Virus record (IMG/VR): IMGVR_UViG_3300017912_000320
Span: 1 to 24,266 of that record
From: a virus
Lineage: Duplodnaviria > Caudoviricetes
Length of the DNA stretch: 24,266 nucleotides
Strand: one strand, 5' to 3'
Shown here: piece after piece, positions 17,453-24,266 of the stretch
Position numbering within the stretch: the stretch's first letter is position 1
Layout of the letters: each line of letters begins with the position of its first letter
The notes under the pieces: model-generated
The model's database searches: none
What the model was told of the DNA's origin: nothing
The model's input: the letters and a program-made list of their open reading frames with translations, nothing else
Translations under genes and position numbers: made by a program

Positions 17453-18181
17453 TCACAGTATTGTCAGATTACCATTGACGGTAATCGCAGTTGATGTGTC
17501 TATGGTCAACGGACCAATCGCCAATGCGTTCTTGGTTGATGCTATTGTAGTATCTTCGTCTACTGTTTGTCCATTGGTACGGAATACAGCCGTATCAACC
17601 GTGGTGTTTGTGGTCTGAAACTGTGTTGCTGTAATCTCAGCCGCAAACGTACCGCCGCTGGACTTGCTAACTGTATCTGTCACAGTAAACGCACGGAAGG
17701 CACGGATGACTAACTCATCATTTACCGCTGCACCAGAGCCAAGTGTAATCGTATCACCATTGCTGGCAGTAAAGTCTGAACTGTCGAGGTGTACACCATT
17801 TAGATATACATCTACATCGTTACCAGAGAAGGCCAGTATTGCACCATTAGCATCTGCACCTGTAAACGCAGTCTGACTTGCTGTTGCTGTGTACTTAAAC
17901 AACTGCATCGCGTAGCTGGTGGGTTGGTCTACTGCGCGACCAAAGTAGCGAACTTGTATTACATCGCCGTTAGCTGGAGGTGACGAAAAGGTCAGGGTTG
18001 TGCCTTGCGCTGTGTATGCCTTGCCTATCCCTGGCTCTTGGATGACGTTACCAATAACAACCATAATAGCTTCGCCGCTGACAACGCTTTGCGCCAGCGT
18101 AAACGCAGTTGCGCTTCCGGTACCTGTAAAGGTCTGAAAGCTAATGTCACCTACATTTGGGTCAATGCCTATATATGCCAT
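17453..18181 (-). CDS. Fibre connector protein (242 aa)
   Basis: MAYIG N-terminus and two tandem beta modules (the first shared with 19135..20007); C-terminal FRTN..GPLTI..ITVNGNLTIL motif shared with 21489..21704. Confidence 0.65.
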   Translation of the reverse strand: MAYIGIDPNVGDISFQTFTGTGSATAFTLAQSVVSGEAIMVVIGNVIQEPGIGKAYTAQGTTLTFSSPPANGDVIQVRYFGRAVDQPTSYAMQLFKYTATASQTAFTGADANGAILAFSGNDVDVYLNGVHLDSSDFTASNGDTITLGSGAAVNDELVIRAFRAFTVTDTVSKSSGGTFAAEITATQFQTTNTTVDTAVFRTNGQTVDEDTTIASTKNALAIGPLTIDTSTAITVNGNLTIL

Positions 18182-18540
18182 TAGTCAGAGTCCCCTGTTT
18201 TTGGGTTTGCGTCTTTAACAGCTTGAATTTGGGCCTCCATATCAGCGGGAAAAACCCCCGCCTTGAACAAGGCATCAAGTTGGTCCCCGATAGCTGGATA
18301 ACTGGACACCCGCCTTGAAACATAGTCAGAGTTTCTACGAGCCAAAAACTCAGTAGCTGTCAAGAAACCGTCTAATCGAATAGTACCTTCACCGTCTTCT
18401 CTAGGCATGTCTTTGCCCATATCAAAATCATCGGTAACTGTGTACTCAGTAAGGCTAGAATCCGCCACGAGTGCCTCATCCCGCTTAGAGCTAGTGGTTA
18501 CAATTCGGTCTTCTTTTTCATTTATGTAAACATATAACAT
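18181..18540 (-). CDS. Putative fibre assembly chaperone (119 aa)
   Basis: Acidic protein with helical C-terminal Y..RR..YPAIGDQLDAL..IQAVKDANPK, directly after a tip gene; function inferred from position. Confidence 0.5.
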   Translation of the reverse strand: MLYVYINEKEDRIVTTSSKRDEALVADSSLTEYTVTDDFDMGKDMPREDGEGTIRLDGFLTATEFLARRNSDYVSRRVSSYPAIGDQLDALFKAGVFPADMEAQIQAVKDANPKTGDSD

Positions 18541-18552
18541 TTTGGATTACCT

Positions 18553-19125
18553 TTAAAAAGAAGACCAAGAAGACCAAGAACCACCATACCTATAACGCAT
18601 ATATCTATTATTGCTGTGATATGAGAAAGCTAATTGTGTCATGTTTCCTCCTCCCGTTTTCTGATTATATTCAAAAGTAAAGGGGTGAAAATAATAACTT
18701 CCTCCGGGGCCATTTGAGTGGGTTCCAAGCAATAATGTTTGACCGCAACCTGACCTTGCGTTTGTAGCGTCGTTCCAGTCGGTAGTACCAGCCGTGCTGA
18801 CCGCGCCTATTCCACCAATAAGCTGTCCATACTGACTAATTTGTGCATCATAATTACTCGAACTGCCTTTAAATACTTTATCGCCAGAACTTTCGATACG
18901 CATTGTTTCATCTGTTGTGGAGCCATCTGTTTTTTTAAAAATAATTTCTCCATCAGAGCTTCCATCTCGTGCGGTTATTATTACCGCACCGCTGGTTGAC
19001 TGAATGGTGACAATGTCATCTGTACCTGATGAATCTGTCATTGTGATGGTTGGGTCATCACTCGTAAGAGTTAGTCCATTAGATAAAGTACCAACTGCGC
19101 CAGAACTTATTTTGCTTAATGGCAT
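18553..19125 (-). CDS. Short fibre with knob-like tip (190 aa)
   Basis: MPLSKI N-terminus; shaft motif ETMRIESSG; C-terminal TQLAF..YMRYRYGGSWSSW resembles pyocin-knob-type fibre domains. Confidence 0.6.
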   Translation of the reverse strand: MPLSKISSGAVGTLSNGLTLTSDDPTITMTDSSGTDDIVTIQSTSGAVIITARDGSSDGEIIFKKTDGSTTDETMRIESSGDKVFKGSSSNYDAQISQYGQLIGGIGAVSTAGTTDWNDATNARSGCGQTLLLGTHSNGPGGSYYFHPFTFEYNQKTGGGNMTQLAFSYHSNNRYMRYRYGGSWSSWSSF

Positions 19126-19134
19126 TTCAAACTC

Positions 19135-20007
19135 CTATGATGTCAAATAGCTAAAGCTAATATAAAACTCATGGTTAGACTGCAATAAATTATGAGTTAT
19201 TGTAGACCACGAACCATTAGCTCTAATTTTAAAAAGCCGAAAGTTTGAAGCTGAACCAGCAATATACATGGTAATGTCATCTTCGTTACTGATGTTAACA
19301 TTTTGGTGCATCACAACACCTGTTCCTCCCCAACCAGATGCAGACGCATAAGGCAGTCCTTCTACATAAAGTGCATTACCAGATGAATCAGTAAAAGCAT
19401 ATACTTGACACCAAATAGTAACCATGTTGCCTATTTTAACATAGTGTGCGCGATTATAAGAAAGTGAACCATATGAAGATGTGGGCGTCCAAGTGCCTTG
19501 CTCAAAATCAGTAAGGGTATTAGTGGTAACAGTTTGCCCAGTAACGGTAGAAGAACTAAGATTTAATTTAATCCCAGCATCTGCTGTAATAACTCCTGTG
19601 CTATCTAATGTGCCAGCAATGTCTATGTTTGTATCTAGTTTTGCAGATGTAACAGCATCGTCTGCAATCTTGGCGGTAGATACTGCATCAGCCGCCAGCT
19701 TCGCAGTTGTAATAGAAAGGTCGGGTGCTTCTAGCCGTGTTGTTACTTCTGCCTGACCGCGATAGATAACGTACACGTTGCCTGTGCCTAATGGCGGAGC
19801 CTCGTCAAACGTCAGGGTAGTTCCTGTGGCTGTGTATGACTTACCCACCCCAGGCTCCTGCTGCACGTTGTCAACGAATACCTCTAGCTCCTCACCAGTG
19901 TTCACGGCGCGGTTAAGTGTGAACGCGGTCGCCGAACCTGTGCCGTTGAAGGACTGGCTCGTTGTCTTTGTTAACTGCTTATTTGGTTGTGCGCCGATGT
20001 ATGCCAT
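19135..20007 (-). CDS. Tail fibre protein with MAYIG module, 10-aa shaft repeats and tip domain (290 aa)
   Basis: N-terminal module shared with 17453..18181; ITTAKLAADA-VSTAKIADDA-VTSAKL repeats; tip motif EQGTWTP..YVKIGNMV..GLPY. Confidence 0.7.
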   Translation of the reverse strand: MAYIGAQPNKQLTKTTSQSFNGTGSATAFTLNRAVNTGEELEVFVDNVQQEPGVGKSYTATGTTLTFDEAPPLGTGNVYVIYRGQAEVTTRLEAPDLSITTAKLAADAVSTAKIADDAVTSAKLDTNIDIAGTLDSTGVITADAGIKLNLSSSTVTGQTVTTNTLTDFEQGTWTPTSSYGSLSYNRAHYVKIGNMVTIWCQVYAFTDSSGNALYVEGLPYASASGWGGTGVVMHQNVNISNEDDITMYIAGSASNFRLFKIRANGSWSTITHNLLQSNHEFYISFSYLTS

Positions 20008-20008
20008 G

Positions 20009-20545
20009 TCACACCTTTATTTCTGTGGCTGTCATTGAATATTCACCACCACCATGAACACTATAACAAGTTCCAGTTCCATAACCGATGCTGTGATACC
20101 ACTTGTAAGTTATTGCAGAAGTTGTGTTCGGAGTATCTATATGACGAGCAGAGTGTGGCCCATAATGACCGCTGTTATTATCGTAATGATAAGCCAATCC
20201 ATAATAATTTGGCACTGCGTAATTAGTTGAACGTGGAACAATAGCTGTGCTGTCTCTGTAAAGTTCCCAAACCAAAGCAATACCAGCATTATAAAAAACC
20301 ATAGTAGAGAAAACTTCTACAAGTATTTTGCTGTTTGAAAATTTAGGGGTAATTGTAACTTGGGCGTTGTCATAGGAAGTGCCATCACCTAGTTGTGCGG
20401 CTGTTCCTGAACTGGTTTGTATGTGTGAAGATGAATTTGTAAAAGCTTGAAACGTCTGTATCTGGACAATAGACCCAGCACCCATGTTAATTGCAGAACC
20501 ACCAGAAGAATCTTGGATAGTGTCGACTTTGATTATGCTAGTCAT
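20009..20545 (-). CDS. Short fibre-tip protein (178 aa)
   Basis: MTSIIKVDTIQ module plus the GSIVQI..ITPKFSNSKILV..DTPNTTSAITYK domain. Confidence 0.65.
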   Translation of the reverse strand: MTSIIKVDTIQDSSGGSAINMGAGSIVQIQTFQAFTNSSSHIQTSSGTAAQLGDGTSYDNAQVTITPKFSNSKILVEVFSTMVFYNAGIALVWELYRDSTAIVPRSTNYAVPNYYGLAYHYDNNSGHYGPHSARHIDTPNTTSAITYKWYHSIGYGTGTCYSVHGGGEYSMTATEIKV

Positions 20546-20554
20546 CCTGTTCTC

Positions 20555-21046
20555 CTACCTAACCAAACCAATAGTGCCAAAGGTATATCTATTAGCACCG
20601 CTACCACTATAAAAATTTACACCATTATTATTTTGCCAATAAATTACGTCATTCGCTAAACAAGTAAGAAGAACAGACCCACGGTTCACCCTATGTTCCT
20701 CATAAAAACGGGCTTGAATTGAATTTACTCCTGAACGGCCTCTGTAAACAACAATTTCGTGGGCTGCATCTGCGTTTATAAGCCCACCATGAGAAACCAT
20801 ATAAAGGCCATCTACAGGGCAAGTAAATTCCCAGTTAGTGGTACTCCATAAAGATGAGTCACCATCTGCCACATTATCGAATTGCATACGACCAGCAGAC
20901 ATAGTTTCGTAACTACCAGTACCACCTCCAAAATCAACGATAATATAGGGTCTTTGTGAAATTACAACACGACCACTGCTATCAATGGTCATAGCATCTG
21001 TGCCGTTGGTGTGCTGGATAGTTTGTACACCTAATTCGCTTGCCAT
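20555..21046 (-). CDS. Short fibre-tip protein, C1q-like (163 aa)
   Basis: MASELGVQTIQ..GTDAMTIDSSG module; FDNV..FTCPVDGLY is a C1q-like signature. Confidence 0.65.
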   Translation of the reverse strand: MASELGVQTIQHTNGTDAMTIDSSGRVVISQRPYIIVDFGGGTGSYETMSAGRMQFDNVADGDSSLWSTTNWEFTCPVDGLYMVSHGGLINADAAHEIVVYRGRSGVNSIQARFYEEHRVNRGSVLLTCLANDVIYWQNNNGVNFYSGSGANRYTFGTIGLVR

Positions 21047-21064
21047 GACTTACCTCTAATTAAA

Positions 21065-21496
21065 TTATGCGACCATAAACGTACAAGCACATGATATCCA
21101 ACTTGAACTTGGTGCGCTTTGTGTTATTACATTTCCGTTTTGGTCAATATCTAATCTAGCTAAATTATTAGCGTTTTGAACTGCAAGAATTATTCGGGTC
21201 GGCGGTCGATAACCAACGGGTAACTGAAAAATAGTGGTATTAACTACATTTTGACTCGTAATACCTTGAATATTAACAATATTACCGATTTTACGATATC
21301 GTACAGGACCATATGTGGTTGTGTCATAGTGTGTAAAATTGTTTAAAAGTGTAGCTGTAATCCAACCACTATCATAATCACTACTATTAAATGTTACATC
21401 GCCACTAAATGTTACATCGCCACTACTATCAATCGTTAGCGCAGACGTATTAGCGGTCTTACCATATATTTCATCTACAAGAATACGACTAGACAA
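21065..21496 (-). CDS. Short fibre-tip protein (143 aa, TTG start)
   Basis: SSRILVDEI..SALTIDSSG module; DSGW..YRKIGNIVNIQG..FQLPVGYRP tip motif; GGAG 9 nt upstream of TTG. Confidence 0.65.
   Translation of the reverse strand: MSSRILVDEIYGKTANTSALTIDSSGDVTFSGDVTFNSSDYDSGWITATLLNNFTHYDTTTYGPVRYRKIGNIVNIQGITSQNVVNTTIFQLPVGYRPPTRIILAVQNANNLARLDIDQNGNVITQSAPSSSWISCACTFMVA
21388..21425. repeat. Perfect 18-bp tandem duplication (SGDVTF x2)
   Basis: taaatgttacatcgccac taaatgttacatcgccac ta on the plus strand. Confidence 0.95.
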
Positions 21497-21704
21497 CGGT
21501 CAACACTCCATTAACGGTAATTGTTGCGGAAATGGTTATCGGTCCAAAAGCCCCTGCGTTTTCTGTGGAGGCCACAGTTAAATTGCTAGTAATGCTGGTA
21601 GCGTTTGTGCGAAACGGGTTAGTGCTAGTCGATGCCGCGATGTCTGCGTTATGCACACCGCCGTCTTTAATCTGATTTGTGTCAATCGTGCTAAGTGCCA
21701 TCAA
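21489..21704 (-). CDS. Minimal fibre connector protein (71 aa)
   Basis: MALSTI N-terminus (compare MPLSKI of 18553..19125) joined almost directly to the FRTN..GPITI..ITVNGVLTVV C-terminal motif. Confidence 0.65.
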   Translation of the reverse strand: MMALSTIDTNQIKDGGVHNADIAASTSTNPFRTNATSITSNLTVASTENAGAFGPITISATITVNGVLTVV

Positions 21705-22030
21705 GTAATCTCCAATACAGACAGTGTAACGTCCGCCGCTGATGCTTGACTTGCTGTTATCCTCAAAATGTCAGAAGCGTTCATCACAATCTTCTGATCT
21801 CCACCAACTGCTACCAGTGACGAGCCAACAGGAACAATGGCTGACTTTACAATATGTACATTGTCGCCATCGTTATTGATTAACTGTACGTTTACCGTGA
21901 TTGAAACCGACAATATATTGGCAATGTTTAAGCCGATAATTGTTGTTTCTGTCGCGCTGGGGCAGGTATAAACATCTGCGTTGGCTGTCCCCACTGCGGT
22001 GTCTGTAAATGTTTTAAATGCGTTAGCCAT
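21701..22030 (-). CDS. Small beta-sandwich virion protein, putative fibre hub (109 aa)
   Basis: All-beta pattern ending in SVLEIT; follows the gene ending in ALAFAIALG. Confidence 0.55.
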   Translation of the reverse strand: MANAFKTFTDTAVGTANADVYTCPSATETTIIGLNIANILSVSITVNVQLINNDGDNVHIVKSAIVPVGSSLVAVGGDQKIVMNASDILRITASQASAADVTLSVLEIT

Positions 22031-22034
22031 TTTT

Positions 22035-22415
22035 CTATCCCAATGCTATTGCGAATGCCAACGCATTCGGGTCTTGTTCTGTAAAGTTCTGTGCGGTTCC
22101 ACTCGCGTCATTAAATATCATCTTCTCTGCTGGCAACGTACAGAAGATGGTGCGGGTGCCTGATGACCAACTAACAGCGTTATCAGAATTGCTAGACTGC
22201 AAAATTGTGGTACGGGCCAAGGTTGTACCAGATGCAGTGTAGGTTCCAATACCAATCTCAAAGTCGGTTCCATCCGTGCAAGAATAATAGGTAGTGTTAC
22301 CATCACCTATTTGACTAAACGCCTCAAAACCACCTACCGCACCCGCAAGAGTATATGTGCCAGTGCCCGTTGTGGTCGTTGTCTCTTTCACGCGGTCTTT
22401 CAGAACAAGAGCCAT
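22035..22415 (-). CDS. Fibre base / structural protein (126 aa)
   Basis: DRVKETTTTTGTGTYTL..FEIGIGTY N-terminal domain; hydrophobic C-terminal ALAFAIALG. Confidence 0.6.
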   Translation of the reverse strand: MALVLKDRVKETTTTTGTGTYTLAGAVGGFEAFSQIGDGNTTYYSCTDGTDFEIGIGTYTASGTTLARTTILQSSNSDNAVSWSSGTRTIFCTLPAEKMIFNDASGTAQNFTEQDPNALAFAIALG

Positions 22416-22843
22416 TACTTCAACTCGACTGTAAGATTCCCAGCGTTAATACGGAAGATATCCCCCGTAGCAATAGTCTTACTTGCATCCAGTGCGCCAA
22501 CAAACAGAATGTTACCGCTTGAAGCCGCATCTACAAGAAATGCATGTGTTACAGTGTTGCTAGTTCCAGTTGATGCCGGAAACTCAATGTTAGCTGCGTT
22601 GGTAACTGTCTGTTGATCCGTGCTTGCAGAAGCCAGTGTCCAGTTAGCTGCGGTCACTTGCTGTCGTGCATACGAACCAAAAGTTGCTTCTGTTAATGAA
22701 CCAGCCTCTGCGTCAGAAACTGCTGTTGCCAAGCCAACATATATACTGTCGCCCGGTGTTGCGAATGAACCAGCATTATTCTTGAAAATAAAACTAAGTA
22801 TTTTATTCTCAAGGTAAGTGGTTGCTGCGTTACTTGTTGCCAT
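22415..22843 (-). CDS. Fibre-associated beta-sandwich structural protein (142 aa)
   Basis: YLENKIL..IYVGL..SYARQ..NAANIEFP..GNILF..L..SKTI..GD motif pattern of small phage structural proteins; GGAG Shine-Dalgarno upstream. Confidence 0.6.
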   Translation of the reverse strand: MATSNAATTYLENKILSFIFKNNAGSFATPGDSIYVGLATAVSDAEAGSLTEATFGSYARQQVTAANWTLASASTDQQTVTNAANIEFPASTGTSNTVTHAFLVDAASSGNILFVGALDASKTIATGDIFRINAGNLTVELK

Positions 22844-22852
22844 TTGTTACTC

Positions 22853-23500
22853 CTAAGTCCTTGGCCTATCAGGTAAGCCCCTACGATTAGCGTCTGAGTT
22901 TTCTCTGGCTTCCGCCAAGTCTTTCAAACGCTGAATCTCCTGTGCGAACCTTTGTTCGTACAGTTGCATCATATCCTGCTCACCTTTCATGTAAGTATAC
23001 GCTTCCACAAGTGAGCCGTAAAGAAGAGCGTTAGGGGCGTTTTCGCTCAACCACGATGTTGCTGAATCAAGCCCAGCGGTGACACTGGCTGGTCTATAGT
23101 AATAATGTAGCTCTACTGTGTAATTGCTGTCTGGAGTAGGGCCAACAATAAAATTATCCACGTCGTAAATACTGTAGTATTTTGGTCTGGCATTTGCGCC
23201 TGTGTCTATGGAATACTGCTGAACAAAGTTTACATCCTTAAAGTCTAAGAACACCTTGTTCGACGCTGTTGTAATTTGAAAAGAAAATGGCGCAAGGTAG
23301 TCAGTAGGAACAGACAGGTATGGGTCAGCATTTGTCAAGGCAGACGTGGCGTTCTTACGAAACAACTCAAGGTCAACAAGTGTGAAGATACGATCTTCTG
23401 CACCACGAATAAACACAGGCAGGTTGGTGACGAAAGATGTTTCCGTGTTTTCTGCGAAGTCTTGAATAGCTTGTTTGAGTTGTGCGTATGTAAATGACAT
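22853..23500 (-). CDS. Head-tail adaptor / tail tubular protein A-like (215 aa)
   Basis: TYAQLKQAIQDF..FI..AEDRI, PKYY, GPTPD..Y.VELHYY and ALLYGSLVEAY..K helical/beta layout typical of podovirus adaptors; size and position fit. Confidence 0.7.
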   Translation of the reverse strand: MSFTYAQLKQAIQDFAENTETSFVTNLPVFIRGAEDRIFTLVDLELFRKNATSALTNADPYLSVPTDYLAPFSFQITTASNKVFLDFKDVNFVQQYSIDTGANARPKYYSIYDVDNFIVGPTPDSNYTVELHYYYRPASVTAGLDSATSWLSENAPNALLYGSLVEAYTYMKGEQDMMQLYEQRFAQEIQRLKDLAEARENSDANRRGLPDRPRT

Positions 23501-23512
23501 GTTACCTGCTCA

Positions 23513-24163
23513 CTATACTATTGTTATGTTTCCAACCATGCTGCTGTGAACAGTACACTGGTACACCAACGAAGTGTCACTAGGCTCATGTGGCACAATG
23601 AACTGAGTTAGCCCGGTGGTGCTGTTGTAATTGTCCGTTACTCCTGTTGTAAAAGCAGAGCCACCAGAGGATGTTCGTATCTGCAAAGGATGGCTGCTTA
23701 CATAGGATGTGTTATCGATTAAATATGTGTGACCTTTGTAGAAGGTAAAGTTGGGATTGTTCCCAGCAGTAGCACCGGGACCAGAAAAAGTGTAGGCAGA
23801 ACCCGTTGCCGCTGTTGTTGTGTATGTGGTTGTTGGGCCGCTAACTTCATCATTTAGTCGTATCCAATTGCCGCCGTGGGCAAAATACATACCACCCGTT
23901 GCGTGAACATGAGCAATCGCGCCATGATAGGTTGATGCACTTGGTAAATCAGTCAGAGCAGCGTAATAAAAAACAATTTTGTTTGCTCCAGAACTTACAT
24001 CAAGCAAGCCAGCAGCATTAATAATATCTGTTAACGTAGTGCCGTCCCCTAACGCATTGTAGATTTCGGTGAAGTTATCATTGATCTTATCTGCGCCATC
24101 ACGCAGAGTATCACCAGTGCCATCGTTTGCGGCAGAGCCAATTCCTACTGTTTGTTTTGCCAT
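23513..24163 (-). CDS. Fibre-like virion protein with T4 gp9/gp10-type N-terminus and cupredoxin-like C-terminal domain (216 aa)
   Basis: ANDGTGDTLRDGADKINDNFTEIY N-terminal motif; C-terminal HPL...YQCTVHSSM. Confidence 0.65.
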   Translation of the reverse strand: MAKQTVGIGSAANDGTGDTLRDGADKINDNFTEIYNALGDGTTLTDIINAAGLLDVSSGANKIVFYYAALTDLPSASTYHGAIAHVHATGGMYFAHGGNWIRLNDEVSGPTTTYTTTAATGSAYTFSGPGATAGNNPNFTFYKGHTYLIDNTSYVSSHPLQIRTSSGGSAFTTGVTDNYNSTTGLTQFIVPHEPSDTSLVYQCTVHSSMVGNITIV

Positions 24164-24265
24164 TTAGCCCTCGTCAAAAGTCTTAGTTGCCGAATCGAGT
24201 GTAACATTTGTCGCATCAAAGGTCGATGCTGTTGTTGCCGTACCAGTCCCCGGCCCAGAGGTCGC
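24164..24265 (-). CDS. 3' end of an upstream structural gene (partial, cut by the window edge)
   Basis: Open frame ..ATSGPGTGTATTASTFDATNVTLDSATKTFDEG*; its TAA abuts the ATG of 23513..24163. Confidence 0.7.
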   Translation of the reverse strand, partial: ATSGPGTGTATTASTFDATNVTLDSATKTFDEG

Positions 24266-24266
24266 A

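Noticed and set aside
16897-21046. C1q-like domains as eukaryote-derived genes
   Set aside because: C1q/TNF-like folds are established in phage receptor-binding proteins, and the genes carry the same N-terminal module as their neighbours.
14821-21704. Diversity-generating retroelement or invertible shufflon behind the tip diversity
   Set aside because: No reverse transcriptase or recombinase in the window, no near-identical template/variable repeat pair differing at adenines, and all cassettes are complete genes on one strand.
2416-23497. Numerous plus-strand ORFs of 60-130 aa in the ORF track, and short alternate-frame minus ORFs (for example 4958..5173, 5798..5983, 7219..7563)
   Set aside because: They lie within or across long, tightly coupled minus-strand genes and show no recognisable motifs; best explained as shadow frames.
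1-24266. tRNA, rRNA, integrase/att sites or promoters
   Set aside because: Intergenic gaps are under about 20 nt throughout, and I saw no cloverleaf, recombinase or convincing promoter consensus.

Overview
A 24.3-kb piece of a tailed dsDNA phage genome, most likely a marine short-tailed (podovirus-type) phage. The resemblance to HMO-2011/HTVC010P-type phages of alphaproteobacteria is an inference from gene order and motifs, not from a search. Nearly the whole window (520-24266) is one tightly packed minus-strand late operon. In transcription order it holds a fibre-like protein with a cupredoxin-like tip, a head-tail adaptor, about 20 short modular fibre, adhesin and chaperone genes, a tail nozzle carrying inserted repeats, four internal virion/ejection proteins and a T4-type lysozyme. 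It ends with two small ORFs missing from the ORF track. Three small plus-strand genes converge on it from the left. The two main observations are: (1) the last gene of the operon (520-696, minus) resembles ribosome-rescue factor ArfA (KGKGSYxRK motif) and has an intrinsic-terminator hairpin inside its reading frame followed by a hydrophobic tail, the non-stop-mRNA/tmRNA-feedback layout known for bacterial rescue factors; (2) the fibre region looks like a combinatorial, branched host-recognition kit in which recurring terminal 'docking' motifs are joined to about nine variable tip domains. All calls come from reading the sequence by eye; no database searches were run.
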